From assembly GCA_027451365.1 (NCBI GenBank), contig DAIDJN010000025.1:1-45097 (forward strand): a stretch of 45,097 nucleotides of DNA. Reading direction: 5' to 3'. Below, piece after piece: positions 28,514 through 38,909 of the stretch (the stretch's first letter is position 1; every line of letters starts with the position of its first letter). A program made the translations under genes and the position numbers. The notes beneath the pieces were generated by a model, which had not been told where the DNA came from, did not search any database, and saw only the letters and a program-made list of their open reading frames with translations. The stretch is from Phycisphaerales bacterium. Lineage in GTDB: Bacteria; Planctomycetota; Phycisphaerae; WQYP01.

Positions 28514-30268
28514 CTACCATCGAAACACCGCCAGGGCGACATCCTGCCGGCGCAACGGGAAAGAAAACCTTGATTTACCGCCGACCACCGTGGCCGTTAC
28601 CGACGGGCCAAAGCGGGCCAGCAGACCGGCACGGCGCAGCTGGTTGTAAACAACAGGATTCGGACGGGCGGGCGAACCAAGCTTGCGCCAAAGCGTCACG
28701 GCATTGCTGTGATGTTTGCCGACCAGGTACAACTGGAAATTGGCATGATGTAAATCTGCGGGCAGGCCAGATACCGCCAGATTGATCATCGCGGAACTGT
28801 GTGTGGTGTCCATATCGGAATAGTTCCAGATCAGGACAGCCAACTGATGCCGACCGCGGGAGGCAATGGCGGACACATCGGACCCGTGTGGCACCCCATG
28901 GCCAAGGATGGCATCCAAGGGCAGACCGCCCGTGGATTTAGCCAATACCTGCTTGCCGTGCATTTTTGCCAGCATTCGCATGAGGTTCATGATTGGCAGG
29001 TCTACTCCATTCATGGCTAAAGTGCGATAGGCGGGCGTCATGGGCATATTTTCAAATTCAAACGCCCAGGTCAATTCGCCCCGCAGATTGACATGCAGTT
29101 TCCGGGCCAGAGCCAATGAACGAGCAAAAATTTCCGCGTCGTATGCGGCGTAAATGCTTCCATAGCGATAGCGGTTGGCTTTGGTAACGGTCGCCGGACT
29201 TGCGGCCAGCCCCTCCGGATCGCATTCGCTGACCACAATCGGCAAATGCCGGATGCGGGGAAATCCGGCAACTGTCAGGAATCCGGCACGCAGGTCGTGC
29301 AATTCCGCAGCAAGGCCCATGCGCACATGACCCTGGCGCCAATGCGGCTGGCCCTTGGCGTGAAAGCTGACAAAATCGAGCGGAGCACCAATTTTGCCAG
29401 TTGCGGCATTGGTTCCAAGACTGCAATGCAATAGAAAACCCTTCAGGAAACGCACCGCGCGCGGCGATCCGGTTCCCGCAACGGCTGGCCCCCCCACCCG
29501 GGCATCGGGAATCGCGCGACGGATGGCCGCCGTGCTGTAATCATACAGCTTGCAGTATTGCGCCAGCGTGCCATGCCAATACGGAATGTTCGGCTCGTTC
29601 CATATTTCCCAGTACCAGCGGGAAACTTCCGCCTTGCCGTAACGATGCAGACAGTGCCTTGCCCAACGGTACACCAGTTGACCGAACTTATGATAGCTTT
29701 TCGGCGGATAGGACCAGCCGGTGAAAAGCGGCTTGTGGTTGGTGGGAGTCCAATGTTGCTGATAAGGGTGCGGGTGCGAACTAAGGGCTTCGGGCATGAA
29801 GCCGACTTCCACAAACGGATGCGCACCGCGGCGAATATAAGTATCAAAAATGCGGTCCACAATTTTCCAATTATAAACCGGCTTGCCGGCGGAATTTAGC
29901 GTATAGACATCGGTGGCGCTCCATTTTGGAACGGGGACCGCCGGACCTGATGTAAGCAAATTATGGCAACGAAAAAAAATAGGGTTAGAACCCATATCCG
30001 CAAGCTGGCCAATCAGCCGGCGTCCGTATTTCATATAGGTGTAATCTGCTTCGTCGTAACCAAAGAATCGCCAAATTGGATTCCATGCACCAATCGCCCG
30101 GTCCGCATGGACGGTTATGGCAACGGCCTGGTTGGTTGGAGGGGGATTCGTCGTCGCCCGTAAGTCAATCTGCGGGGATAGCAGAACAAACGCGATGCAG
30201 AATGCCGATAAGACCCAAATCGCGGCTGGCGGAACCGGTCGGATAACCTTAAAAAAATGGAAACACAT
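28514..30268 (-). CDS. Glycoside hydrolase family 39 (beta-xylosidase-like), secreted
   Basis: GGAGG SD, signal peptide, FFGYDE, RCHNLL, PFVEVGFMP, WEIWNEPN (acid/base), DFVSFHAKG, VSECDPEG (nucleophile), LTWAFEFE. Confidence 0.93.
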   Translation of the reverse strand: MCFHFFKVIRPVPPAAIWVLSAFCIAFVLLSPQIDLRATTNPPPTNQAVAITVHADRAIGAWNPIWRFFGYDEADYTYMKYGRRLIGQLADMGSNPIFFRCHNLLTSGPAVPVPKWSATDVYTLNSAGKPVYNWKIVDRIFDTYIRRGAHPFVEVGFMPEALSSHPHPYQQHWTPTNHKPLFTGWSYPPKSYHKFGQLVYRWARHCLHRYGKAEVSRWYWEIWNEPNIPYWHGTLAQYCKLYDYSTAAIRRAIPDARVGGPAVAGTGSPRAVRFLKGFLLHCSLGTNAATGKIGAPLDFVSFHAKGQPHWRQGHVRMGLAAELHDLRAGFLTVAGFPRIRHLPIVVSECDPEGLAASPATVTKANRYRYGSIYAAYDAEIFARSLALARKLHVNLRGELTWAFEFENMPMTPAYRTLAMNGVDLPIMNLMRMLAKMHGKQVLAKSTGGLPLDAILGHGVPHGSDVSAIASRGRHQLAVLIWNYSDMDTTHSSAMINLAVSGLPADLHHANFQLYLVGKHHSNAVTLWRKLGSPARPNPVVYNQLRRAGLLARFGPSVTATVVGGKSRFSFPLRRQDVALAVFRW

Positions 30269-30290
30269 GGGCAACCTCCAGAACCATATT

Positions 30291-30358
30291 GATAATGCCG
30301 GTTATGGATGATAACCGAAGGAAAACGGGTTGTCCTGGCAGCCCGCATCGGCATTATC
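30291..30358. other. Multi-stem inverted-repeat element upstream of GH39
   Basis: GATAATGCCG (30291-30300) and CGGCATTATC (30349-30358) form a perfect 10-bp inverted repeat enclosing GTTAT-ggatg-ATAAC and CGGGTTG..CAGCCCG hairpins. Confidence 0.45.
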
Positions 30359-30608
30359 GGACAGGAAGTGCCGGTCCATCCGAAAAAGATTATAATTTGC
30401 CTGAAAGGATGCATTCCCGACGGAAACTATATAGAAACTCCCGATCCGCGGACCAGTAAGGGAAGATACCCGCTTTACCGAATTTCCCCAACGAACTAAA
30501 GGTCAGGTCGGGATTTCACAGCCCCTTGGTTAGGGCGAAGCTCGCGGTAAACAGGGATTAAGGTCCGGGACCGGGCCCTTTATTGGTTGTCCGCTTCGCC
30601 CGATTGGC

Positions 30609-30638
30609 TTGACCCGCCGTTACCTGCCTAAGTAAGAT
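30609..30638 (+). promoter_or_regulatory. Putative sigma70 promoter for the S41 protease
   Basis: TTGACC, 18 nt, TAAGAT. Confidence 0.35.
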
Positions 30639-30777
30639 TCATAGGCTGGTTTTCGCCAAACCGGTGTCAAAGGGACGGGTCATTCATGGAAAGGCCCGGA
30701 ATCAGCGGGCTATTGTAAGGATTTCGCTTATTTTTCGGTCGACCTCACTCGGCTGGATATTTTTCAGGTGGTGTAGC

Positions 30778-33066
30778 TTGTCGCAAGTTGTTCAACGTCG
30801 ATTACAGATTTTCGCCCTTTTTTTGACGGTTGCCGCGGCCGGATTCGGACTCGTCGCGCTGTTAATGCCGCGCGACGTTCATGCCCAAGCCGGCGGGAAC
30901 AGTTATGCGCAACAAGCCCGGCAGCTTATAGAACAGCAAAACCTGTCGGCCTTGGCCGCCATGGCCACGCCGACGGGACCCGCATCGGATAATCAGCAGG
31001 TTGCCAAGTGGGTCAAGCAATATGTAACGGTCATGACCAGTCAGGCAAAACTGACTGAGTCGGAACTCAACAAACAGGTTACCCTGGCCCGCAAATACTT
31101 GAAGGCCGGCAAGAAAATGCTGGCCTTTGAGCACATGCTGGCCGCCTATGCCATGTCCACGGACAAGCCGACATTCAAGAAACAGCCTTGGGTTCAAAAA
31201 TTGACCACCATTATGGCGGGCCGGGCCAAACGCTATGACAAAGCCGGGCGCTGGCTTGAATCACTTGAAATTTATAACGAATTGAATTCGGTCTACAAAA
31301 TTTCGCGGCGGTTTCATGCCCAGTTGCACCGCGTGATTCGCCGCACGACGCTGGTGGCCAAATATGCGCCGAAGGCGTTTTATGCCATGCAGAAGGCGAC
31401 GAATCAGCGGCTGCTGAAAAAAATGGGAAAGCCGAAGAAGGCTGGCACGCAGAATGCGAAGCCGGATTCAAAGGGTGGAAAAGCCGGAAAAGGCTCTGCC
31501 AAACCGGCCGCGGGCGTGGCACCGGTTTCCCCCACTTTTCAGGTACCCCACACTTTTCATAAATGGCAGAACAGTGTTGCGGGTATTCATCAGGACATGA
31601 TGCTTCAGGCTCTGGAAGAAGCTCGACATGAATATGTCACACCGGTCAGCTACAACCATATGCTGACAGGCGGACTGCGGGCGCTGCTGCTGATGGACGA
31701 CACCCCGGTGCTTGCGGAAAGCTTTCCGAAGATCAGTGACGCGGCGCGCCGTCGGGCGTTCCGTGACGCATTGAATCAGGAAATGGCCCGCGCCAAATCG
31801 GCGACCGCCATCGATGCCGACAGCATGATTCACATCTGGGAACGCATCCTGACGGCGGACACACAAAGCGTCCAGATTCCGACCACGGTGGTGACGCGGG
31901 AATTTGCGGATGGCTGCTTCCAGAAGCTGGACAAATTCAGCGAAATTTTCTGGCCCAGCGAAGTTCAGGAATTCGACAAGCTGATTAACGGCGTATTCGG
32001 CGGTGTGGGCATTCAGATTGAACCGCACAGCGGGTATTTGCGAGTCATAAGCCCGTTAAGCGGCACGCCAGCCTATAAGGCGGGCATTCTGCCCGGCGAT
32101 CTGATTGAAACAGTGGATGGAAAAAGCATTTTCGGCGTATCGCTGAACAAGGCTATTCAAGAGATTATGGGCAAGCCGGGCACGATGGTCACCCTGGGAA
32201 TTCACCGTGGCACGGCGCGCACACTGCTTTTGTTTCCGCTCAAGCGGGCCAATATCCGGGTGCATTCAATTAAGGGATATGCCCGCGGAAAATCCGGCAA
32301 TTGGCATTATATGATTGCACCGCACAGCCGCATCGGCTACATCCGCATGACGCAGTTTCAACAGGACACTGCGGGTGAAATTGCCAATGCCCTGACCCAC
32401 CTGATGCGGCATCATATGCGCGGACTGATCATTGACCTGCGGTTTAATCCGGGCGGACTGCTGGAAACAGCCATTAATATCTGCAACATGTTCCTGCCGG
32501 GTGGAACGATTCTTTCCACCAAGGGCAATGCCAATCCGCGACAGGTCTGGACCGCAACCGGCAATCCGCTGGTGCCGCTGAATATTCCGATCATCATTCT
32601 GGTGAATCAGGACAGCGCCAGCGCGTCGGAAATTTTCAGCGGAGCCATGAAAGACCATCACCGGGCCACAATTCTGGGGCACCGCAGCTACGGCAAAGGA
32701 TGCGTGCAGAACATCTTCCCGCTCGGACAAAACAGCACCGCACAAATGAAGCTGACCATGGCCTATTACTACCTGCCAAATGGCGAATGTATTCAACGAC
32801 AGCCATTCGCCCGCACATGGGGCGTTGAACCGGCGGTGACGGTGCCTTTTGCGCCGCGGCAGCTTAATGAACTGCAGATTCTTCAGATGGATAATGATAT
32901 TCTTCTGAAAAAACCGGCCAAGGATAAAGGCAAAACGAAAACCGCGGCGGAAAAAAATGTCTGGCGCATTCCGGAGGAAGCGTTTGACACGCAGTTGGAC
33001 ACGGCGATTATGCTGTTGCGGCTGCAAATACTGCAAACGCATGGCGTGGCCCGGGCAAACAATTGA
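30778..33066 (+). CDS. ctpA: S41-family carboxy-terminal processing protease with long N-terminal helical region
   Basis: LDKFS, PDZ (FGGVGIQI, GTPAYKAGILPGD), IGYIRMTQF, IIDLRFNPGGLL, SASASEIFSG (Ser), SYGKGCVQ (Lys), DTQLDTA. Probable TTG start at 30778 after CAGGTGG. Confidence 0.93.
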   Translation: MSQVVQRRLQIFALFLTVAAAGFGLVALLMPRDVHAQAGGNSYAQQARQLIEQQNLSALAAMATPTGPASDNQQVAKWVKQYVTVMTSQAKLTESELNKQVTLARKYLKAGKKMLAFEHMLAAYAMSTDKPTFKKQPWVQKLTTIMAGRAKRYDKAGRWLESLEIYNELNSVYKISRRFHAQLHRVIRRTTLVAKYAPKAFYAMQKATNQRLLKKMGKPKKAGTQNAKPDSKGGKAGKGSAKPAAGVAPVSPTFQVPHTFHKWQNSVAGIHQDMMLQALEEARHEYVTPVSYNHMLTGGLRALLLMDDTPVLAESFPKISDAARRRAFRDALNQEMARAKSATAIDADSMIHIWERILTADTQSVQIPTTVVTREFADGCFQKLDKFSEIFWPSEVQEFDKLINGVFGGVGIQIEPHSGYLRVISPLSGTPAYKAGILPGDLIETVDGKSIFGVSLNKAIQEIMGKPGTMVTLGIHRGTARTLLLFPLKRANIRVHSIKGYARGKSGNWHYMIAPHSRIGYIRMTQFQQDTAGEIANALTHLMRHHMRGLIIDLRFNPGGLLETAINICNMFLPGGTILSTKGNANPRQVWTATGNPLVPLNIPIIILVNQDSASASEIFSGAMKDHHRATILGHRSYGKGCVQNIFPLGQNSTAQMKLTMAYYYLPNGECIQRQPFARTWGVEPAVTVPFAPRQLNELQILQMDNDILLKKPAKDKGKTKTAAEKNVWRIPEEAFDTQLDTAIMLLRLQILQTHGVARANN

Positions 33067-33110
33067 ATTTGCATCCAACGACACCGCCCCGGTTGCAACA
33101 GGAGCCTGGC

Positions 33111-33383
33111 ATGACGAAGCGAAGAATCATAGCCGATACCATCAGCGCCGCTGCCGCGTTGGGCGCTGCGGGTGCTTCGATGTATGTCAGTGTGCGATAT
33201 CTGGCGCCGCCTAAAGGGCTTACAGACTGGACAATTCAGATCACCGGCGCGACGACGGCGGGAATTTTTGCGTTTTTTCTGGTGTGGGGCCATTTTCAGG
33301 AAATTCCGCGCCCGCCTCTGGATGACACAGGCTTGGATCAAGCCGTTCCACCCGCGAATTCGCCGTCGCCGGAAAAGGCGTAG
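33111..33383 (+). CDS. Small two-TM membrane protein, unknown function
   Basis: AGGAG SD 6 nt before ATG 33111, 90 aa, two hydrophobic helices, Pro-rich tail. Fills the gap between ctpA and the convergent vWA gene. Confidence 0.65.
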   Translation: MTKRRIIADTISAAAALGAAGASMYVSVRYLAPPKGLTDWTIQITGATTAGIFAFFLVWGHFQEIPRPPLDDTGLDQAVPPANSPSPEKA

Positions 33384-33464
33384 CGGATATCTTGCGCCGC
33401 CGGCGTGCGCGAAATCTCCAACGGGTCGAAATCTGGTCAGGCATTCGATTCGGAGATTTAAAAA

Positions 33465-36401
33465 TCAGATAAGGCCAGCCCGTTTGCGCAATACCCATTC
33501 AAGTGTGATTAAACCGGCAAACAGCGTCAGCAGCAGATAGTGCATGAATTTTGTCCAGCCGCTGCGCGGGTGCAGGAACAGGCCCGCCTGCTGAGGAATT
33601 TTCAGCGTTTGACTTAATTTTGGCAGCCGTCGGGCCAGCATATTGGCATAGGGTCCGGATGTCATCAGTCCGCCGCCGGCCAGAGCGATGCGGCGCATGG
33701 CGGCAGGGTCGCTGCTTAAATCAGCCAATTCCAGATTCTGTTGCGGACGAACTCGAATAATCAGGTGTCGCACCACGGCGGTTGGATCGTTCTTCATCTG
33801 GTGGGCAATTTTCGATCCTTGCAGGGTTATGCTGTAGCGGCCCGGTTCAAGCCCGGCAAGGTTGCCATAATAAAATCCGGGCGCATTGGGCGTATGAAGC
33901 ATGGGCGAGTCCTGACGCAGCGGCGCGGCCGTCCGGGATTCGGTTGTTGCGGCGGATGCAATTCGCCGAGCCACGGCGCGAAAGGCTTTATGTGAATCCG
34001 GCAACAGGTCCAAACCAAGCACTTTAGCGCGAACATGGACAGTCTGGCCGAAGGTATAGACAGATTTATCTGTGCCGAACCGTACATATTTTCCGCCGGC
34101 CGGCAGTTCAGATCCTGCCGCCCAGCGCATCACCTGGGACCAGAAATTATTCTGGACATCCTGGCCATGTACGTAGCGCAGTCGCCAGGTCTGGTCGCTG
34201 GCCAGGTACAGCACGCGGCCCGCCCCGGCGCTCATGGAAGCAAGCAAAGCCCTGTGCCGGTCGGATTGTGCCGCGGTACCGGCTTTTCCGCCGGTCGGAG
34301 ACATGGTCCAAAGCACGCGCGCCTGCCGACGGGCGGTGGTAAAAGGGCTGTGCCAGTACCAGCGGGGCATGGCCTGCCAGATTCCGGAGTTGGCCTGACC
34401 CTCTCCAGCCAATTGAGAAACCTGCGAGCCGATGCCTTCGGGGGCCAGCGCGGGAATAAATCCATCCTGACTGTTGTTGGCCAGCACCGCGCCCATGGAT
34501 GGCCTCTTAAGTTTTACGGGCATAAGTCCGGCCAACGGCGAGCCACGCCATGAACCGGGCATGTATTGCCCGCCGGCAATCAGAACCAGTGCCGCACCAC
34601 TGTTGCGAACAGCCGACGCCAGCGACTGCTGGTCCAGGACAGGAATTGCCGCAGGGGGAACATCTCCAAGAATAATGACATCAAAAGCGGCCCAAGCGGC
34701 TTTGCCCGCGGGCAGGCCGGTGGCGATGTAGCTGGGATTTGTGGGTGACGCGATTACGGCTGGCGGCGGTGTAACACCCGCAATCTCAATGGGATGCAAT
34801 AGAATCGCCTGCAATTTTACACGCGGATTACGCGATAGATAATTCACCAGATACTGGTACTCCCAGCGCGGCTGGTTATCCACCAGCAGCACGCGAAGTT
34901 TGTCGCGACGAACCGCCACGCGAAAATGGCGGACCACCGCGTGGGGTGTCAGCGTTTCGGGCAATGGCGGTATGCGAATGGCGTAGCGGTACACCCCCGG
35001 CCGGGGCGGGCGCGTGCTGAAACGGACGCGGCGGCTTTCATTCGGGGATTGGGCGGTAATGATGCGCGTCTGAAGGACCTTGCCGTTTCGCGTCAATTCA
35101 ACGGTCACACTTTTACCCACCAGCTCCTTAAGATGCACAAACACAACGGCGCGAATCCGCTGGTTTTTGAATATCCAGTTCGGTGCGTTGATACTGTGAA
35201 TGGTGGCCGCCGGGACGGGCTGATCGGAGCCGATGCAAATGGTAAATGTTCGCACACCGCGGGCGCGAAGCAATCGCGCCAGTTCCACGGGATCAGGGCC
35301 GAAATTTCGCCGACCGTCGGAAACCAGAACCACGCTGGCATGCGAATTGGGCCCAAGGTGCTGGGCCAGTTTGGCCAGTCCGGCACTTATATCGGTCGCC
35401 TTTCCGGTGGGCGTAAGCTGGGCCGAAAGCACCGCCCGGATATTGCCTATTTGTGGTCCGGCGCGGGTGGAAGCGCGGGCCGCAAAACTGACCAGTCGCG
35501 TTGGCCGGTTGGAAATGACGGAATAAAAATTCATAGCCCTGCCGCCCTTGCGGGTCAAAATCGCGCGGGCAAGCTGGGAACGGCTCATGGCCGCGATGCG
35601 ATTCATCGCAGAGGACACCGCCGCATCATGGGCATGGCTGGCGAGAAAATTCTGATCCTGCCGGTCGGCGATCGATGCCAGCTGGTCAATTCCCGTTTTC
35701 AGATCAACCAGCATCGCATTGAACGGCGGCGCTGTAATCTGCTTTCCCGAGGCTTGCGCGGAAAGCGCCTGGATTGCACGGCCCATCATCTGCCGGACAG
35801 AGTTCAATTGGGCGCGAATCCCTCCAAGCACGGCTGGTCCGTTCAACTGGCTGCTTACCTTACCCAGCCGCACATCCCAGCGGCGCATCAAGTGTTCCAT
35901 GCGGCCAAGGTTCTTACCGCGACCACTGGAAGAAAAAATCAGATTCAGGCGGCGGAAACGACGGTCCAGGCGGATCAGTTGTTGATCCAGCAGTTCCAGT
36001 CGTACGCGGGTGGTGTCAAGTGAGTCGTTATAGACGCTATGCGGAATCAGTTTAAGCCTCGACGCCCAGCGAAGGCGTTCCACAGGGCGGGCCTGGGCAT
36101 CCTTGAAAGCCATGGAGGCGCTGTGATCCAGCACCAGCCATAGAGTTCCAGCCGAGCGGTCCACTTTTACCCAGCGGATCGCCGGGGCAAAAAGAAGAAT
36201 CGCCAATAATGCCAGTTCGGCCAGCCGAATGGCGGTCAACGTCGCAATCGTACGCGCGGGCGCAATGCTCCGCTGCGCCCGATACAGGTAAACAATCAGT
36301 CCCAGCGCCACAAGCAACACGGCAACAAGCAGCCAGACCGGAAACGCCGGATGGGCGCTTAGATGCCACGGAAGCCTTTGGGTTGTTGCGTTTGTGGTCA
36401 T
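33465..36401 (-). CDS. Membrane vWA + GATase1-like domain protein
   Basis: Two N-terminal TMs, LVLDHSASM...ATDI...VLVSDG MIDAS, PRWEYQYL, FDVIILGDV, GAGRVLYLASDQTWR, FWSQVMRW, C-terminal LEWVLRKRAGL. Confidence 0.88.
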   Translation of the reverse strand: MTTNATTQRLPWHLSAHPAFPVWLLVAVLLVALGLIVYLYRAQRSIAPARTIATLTAIRLAELALLAILLFAPAIRWVKVDRSAGTLWLVLDHSASMAFKDAQARPVERLRWASRLKLIPHSVYNDSLDTTRVRLELLDQQLIRLDRRFRRLNLIFSSSGRGKNLGRMEHLMRRWDVRLGKVSSQLNGPAVLGGIRAQLNSVRQMMGRAIQALSAQASGKQITAPPFNAMLVDLKTGIDQLASIADRQDQNFLASHAHDAAVSSAMNRIAAMSRSQLARAILTRKGGRAMNFYSVISNRPTRLVSFAARASTRAGPQIGNIRAVLSAQLTPTGKATDISAGLAKLAQHLGPNSHASVVLVSDGRRNFGPDPVELARLLRARGVRTFTICIGSDQPVPAATIHSINAPNWIFKNQRIRAVVFVHLKELVGKSVTVELTRNGKVLQTRIITAQSPNESRRVRFSTRPPRPGVYRYAIRIPPLPETLTPHAVVRHFRVAVRRDKLRVLLVDNQPRWEYQYLVNYLSRNPRVKLQAILLHPIEIAGVTPPPAVIASPTNPSYIATGLPAGKAAWAAFDVIILGDVPPAAIPVLDQQSLASAVRNSGAALVLIAGGQYMPGSWRGSPLAGLMPVKLKRPSMGAVLANNSQDGFIPALAPEGIGSQVSQLAGEGQANSGIWQAMPRWYWHSPFTTARRQARVLWTMSPTGGKAGTAAQSDRHRALLASMSAGAGRVLYLASDQTWRLRYVHGQDVQNNFWSQVMRWAAGSELPAGGKYVRFGTDKSVYTFGQTVHVRAKVLGLDLLPDSHKAFRAVARRIASAATTESRTAAPLRQDSPMLHTPNAPGFYYGNLAGLEPGRYSITLQGSKIAHQMKNDPTAVVRHLIIRVRPQQNLELADLSSDPAAMRRIALAGGGLMTSGPYANMLARRLPKLSQTLKIPQQAGLFLHPRSGWTKFMHYLLLTLFAGLITLEWVLRKRAGLI

Positions 36402-36412
36402 AACACTCTGTT

Positions 36413-38665
36413 TCAGCTTTCCGATGCTAAAGAATGGACGACATGGCCGGGAAGACCGGCATCAGAAACGTCGCCACCGACTGCCAGCCGGGCCATCCGC
36501 CGACACCAGAATACTTCGGCCACCAGCATCAGCAGCACCAGCAATGCCAGCAGCGGCCAAAGCGGCGTGCCACTGCGTACCGCACCCAATGCGCGGGAGA
36601 TTCCCGCCGCGGATATGGTGGCCTTCACATAATGGTTATGCAGCAGCCACGCTTTCTGGACTGCGTTCATCGGCTTGGCGGACAATTGCGCCGCGTCCAG
36701 TCCAACGGCGTAGTAAACCGGCGCGTGGCTGCCGGAAGGCTTCAGATGAAGCGTATAAAGGCCGGGACTGTCGGTCTTGTTCCACGTTACCAGATAACGC
36801 CCTTGACTGGTCAATTGCGGAACCGCCGCTTCTACTTGCCCGGCCGGATTCACAATTGTCGCGCCGGTCACGGCGGGCCGGGACGGCCCGGTCCAGATAA
36901 GCGTATCACCGGAGTTCAGATAATGGCGATCAATAAATCGGCGTTTGCCTAAAGCCAGGGAATCGACAATCTGGTTGATAAGGGGAACAAAGCTGCCCGC
37001 CCGCGTGGGCCAGTCATTCCAGTGGCCATCCACCGGAAATGTGGACATGGCAACCTGACCGCCCAGGGTACCAACGGGACGTGAAATAAACAGTGGATCT
37101 CCGGTGCCCGTGGCCAGAATCACCTTGGCCGCCGGGTCGGTGAGTTTGTATTTCCACCATTTCGTAAGCGTTACGCCGACAATTCCATTGCGGTTAAGAA
37201 TCGCCAGCGGCCGCACCAGCCGGCTTCGCTGATCGGCAATAAGTATGGCGGGCGAATGTGCGGACGATTCGATCGTACGCAGTTGGCCCAGGGCAAAACC
37301 GCCTGCGGCCAAGGCGTGATTCATCACTTTCGGATCGGTCCGTCGGCCAAATATGAACCATACGCCGCCACCCGCGTGGGCAAAATTATAGATACGCCGC
37401 ACGAATTGTGCCGGGAGCAGCGATGCATCATTGACCACGATGGCGTCGTACCCGCGGAGCTTTTCGGCGACGGCCTGCTGTACGCTGACCACGTGCGGAT
37501 CGGCCAGCGCCAGCCTCGCCGAATGATTGGAAAACGGATTCAGCGCTGCGCGGATAAACCGGCTGGCACGGAACGTTCCAACGGCGGACAACTGGCTGTC
37601 CACCACCAGCACGCGTATCCGCTTCCAGACGCGGACCGCGGCCAACGAGGAATTGTCCGCCGCCAGGGCATCGTGCAGTGGCGTGCTGACTTTTATCCAG
37701 TGCGACCCGGGGTGGCGGAAGCGGTATTTAAAGACGACTGTTTGGGTCTGGCCCGCGGCAAGTTCGGGCAAGGTCTGATGATCAACCGGAGAACCGTTGA
37801 CATTCAGCACCAGCGGAATAGTGGACAAAGGAAGCGGACCGGAATTCGCCACGGCACAGTATATTTGCGCCGGATGTCCGACGCCGGGAAGTGCGGGTTG
37901 AACATGCAGCGCACCGACGGACACATCCGATCGTGCCTGCGTCATTTGAACCGGCAGGTTAAAAACACTGTATTTGCCCGCGGTCTGTCGGCCATTATCC
38001 AGCGAAGTCCGCCAGAGAACCGGATGGTCCACCTGCCAGGAGACGCGCTGCTGGCCAGATATGACAAAAATAATCTTCTGGTAATTGACGCCCCGGCGGG
38101 AAAATTGTCGCGCCAAGGCAATTGCTTTAGGTATGGACGAACCGGTTAAACCCTGCGGCATATTCCGCAGGACATTCAGGAGTTTGCGATTGATGGCGGC
38201 CGAATTGGCGGCGGAAACAGGCTGGCGCGTCAGGGAAACCGGATGGCGCTGTGCCAGAATTACAGACAGAGTATCCGATGGGCGCAGACGGGCGGCAATT
38301 TGCCCAACCACATCAATACTGCGCTGAAACAGAGTTTTCTTGCCATCGATAAATCCGGAGGAAACGGAATGATCCAGCACCACGACCACATCGCTGGCGG
38401 CATTGCCGGAAAGCGGGTTGAACCGCCCCACCGGCAGCAGCGGCTTGGCCAACAGCAGGGCCAGCAGGGCCAGCAGGGCCATCCGCAGCAGCAGCAGGAG
38501 CCAATGTTCAATGTCGCGGCGCTTTTTCTGAACCACTTCACTGGCCTGCAGGAACATCATCGCCCCCCATTCCACAGGCGTGGTGCGGCTGCGATGCATC
38601 ATGTGAATGATGACCGGGATACCTGCAAACAGCAGGCCACCGAGCAGCAGGGGTATTTCAAACAT
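36413..38665 (-). CDS. BatA-domain / vWA / CARDB-like membrane protein
   Basis: BatA N-terminus IPVIIHMM...WGAMMFL...WLLLLLR...AKP, VLDHSVSS, Ig-like insert (LAADN), GGGVWFIFG, WNDWP...SFVPL, C-terminal LWP...EVF. Confidence 0.9.
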   Translation of the reverse strand: MFEIPLLLGGLLFAGIPVIIHMMHRSRTTPVEWGAMMFLQASEVVQKKRRDIEHWLLLLLRMALLALLALLLAKPLLPVGRFNPLSGNAASDVVVVLDHSVSSGFIDGKKTLFQRSIDVVGQIAARLRPSDTLSVILAQRHPVSLTRQPVSAANSAAINRKLLNVLRNMPQGLTGSSIPKAIALARQFSRRGVNYQKIIFVISGQQRVSWQVDHPVLWRTSLDNGRQTAGKYSVFNLPVQMTQARSDVSVGALHVQPALPGVGHPAQIYCAVANSGPLPLSTIPLVLNVNGSPVDHQTLPELAAGQTQTVVFKYRFRHPGSHWIKVSTPLHDALAADNSSLAAVRVWKRIRVLVVDSQLSAVGTFRASRFIRAALNPFSNHSARLALADPHVVSVQQAVAEKLRGYDAIVVNDASLLPAQFVRRIYNFAHAGGGVWFIFGRRTDPKVMNHALAAGGFALGQLRTIESSAHSPAILIADQRSRLVRPLAILNRNGIVGVTLTKWWKYKLTDPAAKVILATGTGDPLFISRPVGTLGGQVAMSTFPVDGHWNDWPTRAGSFVPLINQIVDSLALGKRRFIDRHYLNSGDTLIWTGPSRPAVTGATIVNPAGQVEAAVPQLTSQGRYLVTWNKTDSPGLYTLHLKPSGSHAPVYYAVGLDAAQLSAKPMNAVQKAWLLHNHYVKATISAAGISRALGAVRSGTPLWPLLALLVLLMLVAEVFWCRRMARLAVGGDVSDAGLPGHVVHSLASES

Positions 38666-38909
38666 GACAGCGTCTATTTTTCATGCAACTCAAATCGGCA
38701 AAATCCGCAAAGCGCATTGTAACCCGGCACTCTCCGGCTTTGTACCCTATCCGTAGGATTAACGGTCTAACCCGCATTATATTGGGGGCGGGGTGAAAAA
38801 TGGTGTGATTTCCTCATATAGTAGCTGGCCGTCGCACGCCCCGATCGGGCGGCCAACGCATCACAAAGCGCTTACCCGCCCGAATTTTTTGGCTTGTAGC
38901 TGCCGAACT

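Noticed and set aside
30501..30523. GGTCAGG...CAGCC resembling SRP RNA domain IV
   Set aside because: Lacks the CCGGAAGG tetraloop hairpin and a long flanking stem.
32266..38149. Long antisense ORFs (32266-33084, 34926-36023, 37256-38149)
   Set aside because: Shadow frames opposite well-supported genes in GC-rich DNA, with no recognisable motifs.
6099..38697. ATGCAACT motif at 6099, 9361 and 38683 upstream of minus-strand genes
   Set aside because: Short, at inconsistent distances, and also present in the opposite orientation near 11010. Compatible with chance or -35 hexamers.
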